A stretch of DNA of 58,862 bases from Harriotta raleighana (Eukaryota): the NCBI GenBank assembly GCA_050575255.1, contig JBNZDD010013718.1, positions 2,349,670-2,408,531 on the forward strand. The letters are read 5' to 3'. Position 1 is the first letter of the stretch, and every line of letters begins with the position of its first letter. Shown here one piece after another: positions 25,391 through 37,768 of the stretch. The position numbers and the translations under genes are program-made. Under the pieces are notes generated by a model. That model saw only the letters and a list, made by a program, of their open reading frames with translations. It ran no database searches and was not told the DNA's origin.

Positions 25391-27289
25391 TTGATTAACA
25401 TGATGATATTGTATTGCCTCTGAGAGCACTGTGTGGAAAGTGAATTCGGTGTTGATAGCTTGAGGATGTTTTCCCACATACCTAGAGACATTTCTAATAC
25501 TAGGTAGAGATTTATTTGAGTAAACTCTATCCACTGGAAGCAATTATTTGACCTGTTGCACAATTGTGAGAGATAGGATCACAGCAGTGGGTCTTAGCAA
25601 GCACTATATGTGAACAGTGCTGGGTAAACTGGTTTAATCTACTGATTACCAACTGGGAAAATGCATTGACAAATCTGCACAATAGTGCTTACAGTTGTAA
25701 AAAGGGCACTGCATTCAATAAGTGATGTAATAGAACAATAATAATAGGACACATTTTTGCATTATTCATGGTGAAAGAGAGAGGGAGAGAGAGAGAGAGA
25801 GAAACTCCAGGTTACTGGGGAAGAGCAGCAAACTAATTTATTGCCAGGCACTCTGAAGACATGATACACAAGTGAAATGCATGATTGATCAGCACTATTT
25901 TTAGTGCATGTCTGCAGGCGTAGCCAAGTCCATTTTGACTATCGCAGACATAACAATTCTTTTTTTCAGCTCCTTCACTTATAGTGCATCACCCACTGCC
26001 CACACCCCACCCCCCCCCACTCCCAATGAAGCATTAGTTCAAAGGCCTAATATTTTGATATTAACATAAATGCCAAGCTCAATGTTGAAATACATGTCTA
26101 AAATCTCTAGAATAAAGTCAAACAGGAGGTGGCTGCCACGAACTAGCCCATTGTTTAGTTGAAATATTTTAATTTTAATTTGTAGAGAAAAAGACAAGGA
26201 GTTCAATTTGACTATTCAAGCAGCTAAACAACTGTTATTGATTCGCAGCTCTGGTTTAAGGCAAGATGTGCTGCTGCACTGTTAAGCAGGCCCTTAGAAA
26301 ACTATATTGATGGGGAGAAATTTGACCTGGGTTTAGATTTGCTGTATTTATGTAACAATCCATAGTGTCTTGAGTTTGACAAATTCTTAAATCCAACCAT
26401 GATTTTGAAGTTGGTTTTCTGCCAATTCTTTTAACTCCTGCAGGGAAGCAACTTTCACGTCGGGAGGATGTCTTAAAGCACTTCACAGGACATGCACTAA
26501 AGCGCAGTGACTGCTCAATGGGATAGGGGTAGTCAGCTGGGAACAATCCTTTCAGAAAGACAAGTTAACTCAAGAGGCCACAGGATTTGGGTTGTGAAGG
26601 GTTTGCTGCTCTGGAGGCTATATTTCAGGAGCTCCCTTGCATTCTAAGAACGTGGCTCACTGAACTTCAGGGATTGAGATACTCAACACTTACAGCCTGG
26701 TTGCACCTCTTTCAAATATTGAGAGCAAGGTTAGGAGCAGGTGAAAGTAAATATTTTGGTACTCATTGCATGTGAAAAGAAAACAGCTAAGTGTAATTCT
26801 CCCTCATTATATTCAAGATAATGGGCAGTATTACAATGCTAAAATTAANCTCACTGAACTTCAGGGATTGAGATACTCAACACTTACAGCCTGGTTGCAT
26901 TTCTCCGCACCTCTTTCAAATATTGAGAGCAAGGTTAGGAGCAGGTGAAAGTAAATATTTTGGTACTCATTGCATGTGAAAAGAAAACAGCTAAGTGTAA
27001 TTCTCCCTCATTATATTCAAGATAATGGGCAGTATTACAATGCTAAAATTAAAAGAATTACAGCCCCACTTACACTAAACACTGAATAGTCTTTTAGCCT
27101 TGCTTTGAATTCAAGGTCAGGTTATTCGAGTATTATCTAGGGAGGCATGTCCGTATTGCTGGTAAATTCTAATTAAGAATATTCAAAGAGTAATGACTTG
27201 CATATCTGTTAAATATCCATTGAATTACATTACTGGTTGCACTTTTGCAATTGTTAATAGTGAAAACCATCAACCTGTTTCAGAAAGCA

Positions 27290-27415
27290 ATATTCCACAG
27301 ACAGTCATGGAATGAATGACTAATTTTATCTTAAGGATTGTTGGCCAGGACACCAGACGAAACTCCCTTCTCATTGATTAGTGCCATGGGATTTTTAATG
27401 TCCAACTGAACAGCT
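27290..27415 (-). mobile_element. Deu-domain SINE remnant
   Basis: gattgttggccaggacaccag...aactccct...gtgccatgggatttttaatgtccaactgaacag. Confidence 0.7.
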
Positions 27416-27457
27416 AAAATAAATAATGACAATAATAATTCTTGAATTTGATATATT

Positions 27458-27732
27458 GGAGTCCTGAAGCTCTCAGTGCTTAGAGCACTCGCCTTACAAG
27501 TGTAAGACTTATGAAACCTTGGGCAAGTTTTCCCCTACCCCACACACCTAATAATATTTCCTCAAAAAAAAACAACAAGAAATTGGTAATTTCAATCCAC
27601 GACTGTTTGTGGGACTCTGTGTGCAATTGGCTTCTGTGTTCGCCAATATACTTTACAGTATATTCTGTGAAGTGCTTTGAGACTCCTAGAAGACGTGAAA
27701 AGCGCTATATCAAATGCAAGGATTATTATTAT
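27458..27732 (+). mobile_element. tRNA-derived SINE, main family
   Basis: ggagtcctgaagctctcagtgcttagagcactcgccttacaag...gaaaagcgctatatcaaatgcaaggattattatt. Confidence 0.9.
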
Positions 27733-28795
27733 CAGTGTCTGATCACATCGATGAGATGACTCAAAGCGCTTCACAGAATGTACAGTATTGTGAAATGCGT
27801 TTGACTGCGTATTTTGTGGGCAAAACGATTACTAAATTTCATGAAGAGCCTTGAGACGACCTCTTTACATGGAAGGTGCTGTATTAAATGCAAGGAATAT
27901 TATTTATAATTTCACCTTTAGGCCTACCCTAATGCTTATGATCAACCCCATTAAATGTTTTGTTACCTCTCTCTCTGGCGGTGCCCTGTTATTCTGCTCT
28001 CTTTTGGGCAAATAATCCCTTTTCCATCAAATGTCTAAGCACAACCCAAAAGCCTTTGCATAGTGTAGGAAAAGAGAATGGGATGACAGTGGGAGAAAGT
28101 TGTCTGTTAGTGTCTAGGATTCATTTGTTGTATTATACATGGGTAAATGTTGAAGCCGGCTTTGTTGTAGATTGAAAATGTGAATCAAGAGTGAACAAAA
28201 CACCATGAACAATGTGGGGAAGTTCCTGGAGTTCAGCAACTAATTATACCTCACGGCAGCATTATGGCAGTCAAAGCGCTTGAAGGTTCTGTGGGTGTAT
28301 GACAGTGTATGACAGTCTGTAATGTGGATGGAACTATTGAACTGTATGATCACGCTGAAATGTTGAAAATATCTTGTTCAAATGGGCTGAAAATAAAATT
28401 TGTTCCTTCACCAAAAACCACAGGAGTCAGGCACATCTTTAATGTACCCCTTAAAAAGTAAGCACGCATCCCAATCATACTAAACAGCGAGAATATAACT
28501 CTTACAATATTAAATACCAGAAAAATGGGTCGCATTGCGATGCAGAAATGAAATAACTGTATGCATCAGACAGAATGGATGGTGCCTCAAAACACTTTAT
28601 GATGTTATGTCAATCCGCTGGATTGTGGCTGCACTCAAATGCAAAGCAGTGGTATTACAGATTGCTTTGTGCAACATTGCTGATCTCATTTCTCCCTGCT
28701 GAGCTCCCATGTAAAGGTCTCTAGCAAAATAAAAAGGTTATTTTTCATATCTGTCATTTTTATGCTAATAGAAAGCTTAAAGGTCATTGATCGGT

Positions 28796-28830
<35 letters not shown>
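28796..28830. repeat. (CA)n(TA)n microsatellite
   Basis: Seen directly. Confidence 0.95.
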
Positions 28831-28831
<1 letters not shown>

Positions 28832-29964
28832 CTATATATTAACTTTCTTCAGAGGTTCCCAAAATTGATTGATTAAATGGTTTCACGCAAAACAAAACTT
28901 AATTATAATATTTATTATTATTTATAAATCCTATTATGTTTACCAGTTTTCGCCCCGTTACAACCTCTACTAATACAACCGGTCGCGTGATATGGAGCCT
29001 TTGGCTTTCCGTCCCCTGACCGATTTGGATGTGAATAGATTGCACTGTGTTGTACACGTCAGTTCTCTATTGCTGCACTCTATCAATTCTTATAACTGAT
29101 CAGATAGTCCAGAAACGGATGCTGGGATGTGTTGTTGGAATGTGTATGTGGTGAGAATTCATGATTTAATCTTTTCCCACTGGGATCTGCGCAACATGCT
29201 ATAGTTAGCTTCTATTCCCTCAGTTTCTTTCTTAGAATGCTCCAGTTCAATCTTGCCTGCTCCTGTGGTTTCACATTCTTAACCTCTCAACCACTCTTCC
29301 ATTCTAACTTATTGATGAAAAGTATCTCTCGGGGAAGGCAGATTTCAGCAAATGAAACGCTTGAAAAAAAGGCTCCCAACGTGAATGGCGCTCTAGATAT
29401 GTAATTTTGTTGTTGTTTTGTCGTTGTTGTAAAGTACATGGCGTGTCTAACGTAAACTTGAAGAATAATGATTACATTATTATAATTATTTAAAAAATAT
29501 ATAAGTGTATGAAATTGGGGCAAAAATATAATTAGTACAAATGGGATTTCTTCACATGGATTCTCAATGGCAAATGGGGATTAATTTCCCGTAGGAGCTG
29601 CAGGAACAGGAATCCTATTCCTATTATGTATAGTAATATATATTTATGTATAATTTTTATGGAAATGTTTTTTTTTAAAAAGCTATCACTTTATGTGTTG
29701 CAATTAGCATCCAGTGCAATGCAGAGTTGATGGGGGACAGATTGCAAGCAACAAGTAAGTCTCATATAAAAATGGATGGAAATGTTGAATGGATCATTAT
29801 AAGAAGACAAGGAAAGGAGGTTTCGCATTAAACTCAGATGCAATCAAGTGAAGCATTAGAAACAGATGAGAAGCTGTGGAAGGACATGTTGACCTTTGAA
29901 CAAAAGGAAGTCTTCCAGGGTTTTGCTCTGCCTGACCTCTGTGACCTCCTACAACCCTACCAAA

Positions 29965-30170
29965 ATGGCCTCCTCCACCATCGTAGGTCAGGCCTTTAGT
30001 TTTTCTGCCTCCACTCTCTGGAACTCCATCCCGGAGACGCTCTGACTCGGTGCCTGCCGTGACTCTTTCAAGGCCTGTCTCAAGACTTTCCTCTTCGACC
30101 GCGCCTTTGGTCATCCTCCCACCACCACATCCTTGCCTACTGACTCCAATCTGCAGTTTAGGTACAAATC
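29965..30170 (+). mobile_element. L2 ORF2 C-terminus
   Basis: Reads TIVGQAFSFLPPLSGT, then in a shifted frame LWNSIPETL* and TLSRPVSRL, homologous to 14790-15168. Confidence 0.75.
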
Positions 30171-30203
30171 CTCAACTGTCTCGCGTTTTGGGTGTGTGTG
30201 TGT

Positions 30204-30208
30204 GGGGN

Positions 30209-30270
<62 letters not shown>
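30204..30270. repeat. Poly-G run with an embedded n
   Basis: n at 30208 and G homopolymer to 30270; length unreliable. Confidence 0.9.
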
Positions 30271-31699
30271 CGTGGAGTGGGGTGCATGTCATGGTTATTT
30301 AGAATACAAAATATACGCAATATAACACAATTGATTACTACCTTGACATAAAGTTATGGATCAGCCATAATCTAATAAAATAGTGGAACAGGCTAACCCT
30401 ATCTTCTCACCTATCTACTGCCCTAGTTACAATTAACTGAGCATCTCTTCATTTCCCCACTGTTAGTCGTTTGCACTGACCATCACTGGTATCAGAAAAA
30501 TATAAANGGGCGTGGAGTGGGGTGCATGTCATGGTTATTTAGAATACAAAATATACGCAATATAACACAATTGATTACTACCTTGACATAAAGTTATGGA
30601 TCAGCCATAATCTAATAAAATAGTGGAACAGGCTAACCCTATCTTCTCACCTATCTACTGCCCGAGTTACAATTAACTGAGCATCTCTTCATTTCCCCAC
30701 TGTTAGTTGTTTGCACTGACCATCACTGGTATCAGAAAAATATAATCACAGAACATGAAAATGCCCTTTTAATATCCGTTGAGTGTAAACCTAGAGTGTG
30801 AGTTCCAAGACCCGACGCCTGGCTGGAACCCAAATTCTTCTGACTCAGACGTGGGTGTGATATTAACGGAATCAGCTGAGCCAAGTGAAACCAACTGAAC
30901 CCTGGTTCAGAACCACACAGCAAGCAAAAACAACAAAAATATTCTTAGCCTAATCTGTGACAGCTAAGATTTTGAGAACATTTTTTTGCTCCTTCATACT
31001 CGGGCAAATCATTTTCGATGGTAAGAGAGTCAGACTACTCAGTTTAAAAACAGCCTGAAGAAAAAAAACGTACTGTATGTTGTTTCAAGTGGTAATTTTC
31101 TGCTTATGTTATCACATTTTGCTTGTAAGTTGGAATTCCAAACAAATACTCCTGCTGTTCCAAAATAAAAGCCTCCAATTCACCCTGATTGGATTTTAAA
31201 TGCATTTTATGTGAGTGGTGTGACCTACTTTCTGACTGCTGGCAAGCTTTCATCATCCCTGGCTTAATATTTTCATAATTAGTGCACAAATTATTCATAA
31301 GACAGCCTGTTAAAGTGGTCGGCACATTATTATTCATCTTACAGCCTGGTCACTCATTCCATCACCTGTGAGAGATAAACGCTAAAGTCATCCATTTTGG
31401 GCAAAATAGTCTTTGAAGACCCAAGGTTTGACATACGTATTGGCCAAGTCTCCCTTGAATTATATTTCCTTATTTCTGCTCCGGTAACAGAATTCTTTGA
31501 AGTCTCCTTGGTTACCAACTTTTTTTGCCATCTGTGATTCAATTAAGAAGCAGCTTTCAGTAAAAGTCACGTTTTATATATTAAAAAAAGTAATTTAAAA
31601 AAAGTGCTGGCCTGTTGAACGTTGAACTGAATCTTTTGGATTTTTAAAAAAATATATATATTTTTTTCATGATGTTCATGTTTTCAGGATGTTTGAAGT

Positions 31700-31996
31700 C
31701 CACACAAGGAAGAACATGGCCTGTGACTGAAGAGGGGGTTAATTCAGAACAAATCTGTGGAAACACTGCTTCAGTGAGAACGTAGTAAACGTATGGAACA
31801 GGCACCCCAGTGGAAGTAGAAAATGTCATTAGTTTCAAGAACAAATTGGATAGATTTCTGAGAGAAAACAATATCTCAGGATACAGTGTATAGTTTGTGA
31901 CACGACATGTCAAGTGACTGCCAGGATGGTAGAAGGTGAACTGGATGAACCTTGGGCTTCTTTTGCCTAGCAAATTAGTATGTTCTTATGTTCTTA
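31700..31996 (+). mobile_element. CR1 LINE 3' end
   Basis: FRTNLWKHCFSENVVNVWNR...SFKNKLDRFL (CR1 ORF2 C-terminus) and tail atgttcttatgttctta. Confidence 0.9.
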
Positions 31997-32228
31997 TCTC
32001 CAGTCAGTGTAACATTGAGTATAATGTGCTGGCATGAAAAGCAGAGGGCTGGCATTGACTGAGTTTGCAAACATTCGGAACGATGGCAAGAATATAAAGC
32101 CATTTTCTCTCTGCTTCACAATTAGGAAGGCAGGCCGTGAAGAATTCAAACATGGGATTATTCCAACCTACATTTCTTTGCGAGAAAGTTCTGATCAGAA
32201 GAGCCAGAATTAAGGTGCTTTGGGGAAC

Positions 32229-32576
32229 AATAATAATGGTTCTTGTATTTAATACAGCATCCTATCATGCTGTTGAGACATCTCAAAGCACTTCACAGAA
32301 TATATTGTAAATTGGATTGACTGTGTATTTGTGGGCAAAACATGGCGGACAATTATGCCCCACAAACAGTAAGTGCCAAAATGTTTTTTTTTATAGATTA
32401 TTACTCCGAGAAAGCAATCAGACCAATCGACTAACAATCAGGTTTCTGCTTCATCCTAGGTAAACAGAGGCGTGTGGAGTAAGGAAACTTGCTGAAAGTT
32501 TCACCCAGCCCAGGAATCAAACCCAGGTCCTCTTGCTCGCGAGGCAACCACACTAACCACTACATTCCGGGACTCC
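32229..32576 (-). mobile_element. tRNA-derived SINE, related subfamily with a longer mid-section
   Basis: Reverse complement: ggagtcccggaatgtagtggttagtgtgg...cctgggtttgattcc...gcaagtttccttactccacacgcctctgtttacctag..., then the standard core and tail. Confidence 0.85.
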
Positions 32577-33317
32577 ATGAGTTACATGAGCTTGACTGAG
32601 CTTGATTTCACTGGCTTCTGTAGGCTGAGAAGTGCCTATAATTAAGATTTGAAAAGTTTTGTGATTTAATTAATGTTGGCCGTAAAGGAACCAGGTGTTT
32701 GCACAATCTGCTTTCTACCTTTTTAATGTTCTTTTAGCCCAAGTGCCAGTCCTCTAAGGATATTGACAATCCCCTGGTACGTTTTTAAAAATGTGCATTT
32801 TATATGTGCTGAAGATTGCCTGAGTTCAGTTACTCTGGTGGAGATTGAGAGATGGTGAAGTGGTTTCCCTAGAGAGGAGAGGATTGAGACAGAGAACTCC
32901 ACCCACACAAGCAAAAGGAAATTACAAGTAATTATCCAAAGGCCTCTTGCGTCTGAGACAAAATTCACAGCTTGTCATTCTTGTTGTGGCCAGATTGCAG
33001 AGGTGGAGAAATTACACCTATTGATCTACAACAAAACTCTTTGGAAGAAGAGGACAGACTGAAGATCTGCCACTTGAAATGCTTCCGATTTTCTACTTGT
33101 GTTTTTCGCACAATTATTTCCACCATCAGAATTGCTTTACTTAGAGGCCAATGTTCCTGAGCCTATTTATTTAAAGTCCTCTTTGACGAACAATCCGGTA
33201 AAATGCAATCAGCGACCCATAGTCACTCACACGGGAAAAGCAGTCAATGGGAAATCGATTGTAAATCAAAGGTATCTCACACTGTTGCACTAAGTTAACA
33301 AAGCAATTCATGTTTAA

Positions 33318-33500
33318 GATCAATCAATCGATCAAAATTACATTTATATAGCACCTTTCACGTCGGGAGGACGTCCCAAGGCGTTGAACAGTCAGGTAGG
33401 GATCAAAACAGTGGGGAGGCGTTGGAATAGGGGGAAGGAGAGCAGGAAAACCGACTGTATATTTGTGGGTGAAACGTGGCAGCCAAATTGTGCATAACAG
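33318..33500 (-). mobile_element. SINE core carrying an L2-type tail ending in (ATTG)n
   Basis: atcaatcaatc...cctttcacgtcgggaggacgtcccaaggcg joined to gactgtatatttgtgggtgaaacgtggcagccaaattg. Confidence 0.8.
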
Positions 33501-34459
33501 ATGGGAATATATCTGGTAATACATTCGGGGAGTCAGGAATTACAATGGGAGCAGGCTATTGAAGAGAATATTATATACTGTAATAATAATAAGAGAATAG
33601 ATGATAAGGATCAGTGCCACAAACAATCAATTTGCCTTTTAAATCCTCTCCTGCAATAAGCAAATGAGACTCTCTTGAGGGGGCATTTACACCTTTGGCA
33701 ATACATATGCTGGACTCCTACTTAGGGGTATAAGAGTTATAAAAACCCACGGTGCCTAGAACATCAAACCTTATCCCTGGTTTGGGTCAGTGCAGAACAT
33801 GTCAATATCAGTCATTGAATTTTGTCTTTCACAAAATGTAATTTTCTGTAACAGCAACTGTTCGGGAGCACTTTCTGAGCAAGTAAGTAAGGGGATTGAG
33901 AAGGCAGATCCAGATCTCAAAGCTCATCACAGAAGGATCGGTGAAGGACTGCCGTCATTTTCTGCCTGGAGCCCAATAAGCAGCAATAAATCGTGATCAA
34001 TGCCAATTAGATGCTTGAGCTCTCTCCTCATGACTGTAACACCAGGAGGGAGAATCAGAGTAGCAGTTGATGTTGACTTACTCAATCAGCTGCAATTGGG
34101 CCCAGGAAACCCACACAGAAGCTGCCATCTTAACAGTCACTTTCAGGGTTGCGGATTGGTGGCTTGTGCTCTGTATATATCAGCCGTGGGACCAGATCCG
34201 TGGCATCAGTTTTGGCATCTGGAATGAATCAGTGAGTGACAGCTGTTTGAACAGGTGGTAATGTTGGCTGGGATTGTCAGTTTCTGATCCTAATTTCAAC
34301 AATCATTCCCAAGGAATTGAGAGTATTTTGCACGGTATGAATAAAGGAGAAAGCCAGAAGGCTTTGAGGAAGCAGCGTACATATGTTGGGAAGGACGGAC
34401 AGAACCCAGGAGGCAGTTGAGAAAAAGAGAGAATAGTGGACTGTTTGGCCAAATTATTT

Positions 34460-34640
34460 AGAATCATAGCAATGTACAGCACAGAAGAAAGCCATTCAGC
34501 CCATCAAGTCTGCTCCAGCTCCTATAGTAAGGTATTTATTCAATCCCATTGGCCTGCTTTATCCCGATCTTCTTGTGACTATCTGATAACTATGTACCCC
34601 AGTCACTGATTTCCCTTCTAGAGCAAATAGTTTCTCTCTA
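34460..34640 (-). mobile_element. CR1-type 3' end remnant
   Basis: tagaatcatagcaatgtacagcacagaagaaagccattcagcccatcaagtctg. Confidence 0.7.
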
Positions 34641-36089
34641 TTTACCCTACCTATGTACAAATTTATGATAAGCAACCACTCAATCTCTCTATGGCATTTC
34701 CATATAAAAAAAACAATTGTAGTTGATCCATTTGTGTCAATTCAGATTGGATAGCTAACATGAGAAGAAATCTCTCAACCAATTTCAGTTGTCATGGCTG
34801 TAAGAAATCTTCACAGAAACAAGCTCTGTTGAAAAAAACAATTTGACATAAGGTCAACAGAATGGGAGACGTGCTAAATAGGTTGCTCTCACAAGTCTTT
34901 GCCAATGGAGACGGTGAACAAATTCCAGTTCTAGTCAAATGGAAATCGGTAGTGAATGTGCAAGTCACCAGACAAGTGTTCTAAGGAAACTCGGATAATA
35001 AAGTAACACTGTAATTACTGGAACTTAAACAGTTTTGAACAGTAAACACAAAGGAAACTTAAATTCTGCTCCCTGGTATTCCTTTATCTCGCCTCTTCCC
35101 TATTCTCACTTTAAAAAAAAACAATTTACATCTTCAGTATCTTGGATTTGCTTTCTGAGGCAGTGCCACATCTTCACACCCTTCTGTCTTTGGAAACTCT
35201 TGCTAACCCCAGTTCTGTGACCCTTTGTAATGTATTGCCCCTCGAGGGACATACCCTGTTCACCTAATCTCGGAAAGTATTATGCGTAGATTGGCAAGAG
35301 CCAAAGGCTTGGGGACCCCAAAGTGTATGTTGGAGGTACAGCTGGAATTTAACCAGCTAATACCATTCTAAACAATATCTGCCAAGCTCCCTCCTGTTTG
35401 TCCAGCTAAGAGAAATGCAAGCATAAGAATTTTTTCCTCGCTTATCTTTTGCTGCACATTTGCATTACGGATAACGATGCCTCTCTCTATTTACATAGCT
35501 GCTAGCCTTGCTTTGTGCGCAGATTTATTTGTTATTTTATAAACCTACGGGAATTATGTGAAGAAATGTTACAAGGCCAAACAATGTGCTAACTCTTTAA
35601 GGATGTTCTTCCCTCCCACCCCCATGTGAGTTCTGCTACATATCCTGGTGGACTTTAGCCAGCTTCGCTTAGATCAGGTTAAGGACGCTGTTGCTATGTA
35701 ACAGCTCTGTTCTGACCCACATAGAATGCAATGAAACATCTGTCTAAGACACTCATGCACATTGAAGACCCGTTAGGCTTGTTCGTTGTTCTCCTGATCA
35801 TCATTCAGAATAATTTATATCTAATTGGACATAATGCTCATGTTTTGTTCATCAAAACTCTTTCAATGCCGCCTCCAATTTCCAGTGTCTCCCAATCCAT
35901 TATTTCTGTTAGTGATGGCTTACTTCTGCATTTAACTCTACTTTGAGTAGCCAATATATCTATACTGTATATATAAACACATATATATGTAGAAACATTT
36001 ACAGTTTTACACAGCCTGTACTCTGTAGGACTCAGCCCTCAACTGATATCTATCCTAGTTGCTTCAGTACAGTAAATCACCTTGTTATA

Positions 36090-36604
36090 CAGTTAACCCT
36101 TGTGGATCGCGGAGGTTAGGTGTCTGGAAAACTGCGCACTCAATAAAATTGCGTTGGGTAAGCTTACAAATAATGGGACAAGGGAGGTTAGGGGAATCCA
36201 GTCGCAGGCGACCCACCTGAAGCCTCCAGGCACATCTGAATGCAAGGTACGTACTGAGGCAGGCTACAGCCCGCTGGCCCGCACCTCACTCTGCCCGCCT
36301 CTCCTACTATCCAGGAAATGGGCAAATCAAGGGGAGCCCGGGAGGGAGGCAGAGAGAAATCGGAGAGAGCGGTGATTGGAGGGTGGTAGGGGGGAGAAGA
36401 AAGTCGCTCAGGGGCGGGAGGGACTCGGGGAGGTGGGGAGCAGAGAGCCGCTCGGGGGCAGACCGGGGGCAGAGAGCTGCAGGGGGTCAGGACGGGAGAC
36501 GCAGAAAGGTTACAGAAAGGATATAGCAATAACAAAGCAGTAAAGCAATAAAAAAAAGCAATAAAGCAATAAAACAACAGCTAGGCTAAATTACTAATAG
36601 GAGA

Positions 36605-36646
<42 letters not shown>

Positions 36647-36975
36647 TCTGTTTACCATGCAATGCCATAGGATGCTCCGAGGCCAACGAGTTATTGTATT
36701 TACCCAAGAATGCATTGAGCTGGGACCAGCCAGCCGAGGAATCATCGGCTTTAGTCGGGCCCTAATCGGCCTTGTCAAAAGTGCGCCTGCACCCGGGACC
36801 AGCCAGCCGAGGATTCATCGGATTTGGTTGGGAGCTAACGGCGTCCTCACCCGTGTGCAGCCAGTGCATATACACAAGTTTTACACGCGCTGCACAAAAA
36901 AGTTTGATGCTTTTATTTTGTTGTATGTAACTTGAATTCGCAATCGATAAAGTCGCGTTCGACGAGGGTTAACTG
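36090..36975. mobile_element. Non-autonomous Tc1/mariner (Tigger/pogo-like) DNA transposon, both ends present
   Basis: TA|cagttaacccttgtggatcgcg ... cgcgttcgacgagggttaactg|TA: 22-bp TIR with 3 mismatches and TA TSD; no transposase ORF. Confidence 0.9.
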
Positions 36976-37109
36976 TATGTGTAATAGTTACCAGAACACA
37001 GCTTTGAGCAAAGGCACTAAGCAAACTAGGGAGATTGAAACAGAAAGATACAGGAGAGGAGACCAGACATGAAAGACGTTACGGCAAATGTAAGGATTTA
37101 TTATTATTA

Positions 37110-37768
37110 CAGGCAGTCCTCTAGTTACGACGTTTCGAGGTACGACAATTCGAAGTTACGACACTTAAAATCAGTAAAATTACGTCCGAGTTACATCCAA
37201 GTTCTCGAAGTTACGACACTACTATATAAATACTTTAGTTCCCTCACGCGCGATAGAAAACTGGAGTCGCTGCTCTCAACACTTACGGGACCACGATACG
37301 CGTTCAGGAACAGGATGGAGGCGAAACGCGAGTGTGTGCTGTACAGGTACTGTGTGAGGCTGCGAGCTCGGCGGGACAGTACTCTCCAGCCTTTAGACTG
37401 CGCTACGTCACGCGTGATCTGCGTTGTGCTACGTCACGCGTGATCTGCGTTGCGCTACGTCACGCATGATCTGCGTTGCGCTACGTCACATGTGATCTCC
37501 TGCGTTGCGCTATGTCGCGTGTGATCTCCTGTGTTGCGCTACGTCGAGTGCCAGACTCACAATGAAGCCATGTAAGTAATATTTTATTTTATTTACAGTA
37601 CTGTACATATTAGGAGGGGTGCAGGGGAGAGAGGGCAGCTCACTATACACTACAACCAATCACTGTATGTTACTGTAAGCATTATAGGGGGGTGACTCGA
37701 CTTGCATACAAATTCGACTTACACCACATCTTAGGAACCTAACCCTGACGTAACTTGAGGACTGCCTG
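37110..37768. mobile_element. Non-autonomous Tigger/pogo-like DNA transposon, both ends present
   Basis: TA|caggcagtcctctagttacgac ... gacgtaacttgaggactgcctg|TA: 22-bp TIR with 2 mismatches; subterminal cgaagttacgac repeats; inserted in a (TTA)n SINE tail. Confidence 0.92.
37399..37546. repeat. 26/29-bp CpG-rich minisatellite, about 5.5 units
   Basis: Unit tgcgctacgtcacgcgtgatctgcgt; units 4 and 5 carry a 3-nt insertion. Confidence 0.95.

Noticed and set aside
28950-29050. Another Tigger-like terminus
   Set aside because: CpG-rich and suggestive, but no TA flank or partner TIR.
9251-32576. Functional tRNA genes at SINE heads
   Set aside because: They lack a paired acceptor stem and run directly into SINE bodies.
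5430-33270. Window-wide enrichment of TGATTTAC Pbx-Hox sites
   Set aside because: A handful of hits to an AT-rich 8-mer in 59 kb is near chance expectation.
37399-37546. CRISPR-like array
   Set aside because: Units are contiguous with no unique spacers, lie inside a eukaryotic transposon, and no cas genes are present.
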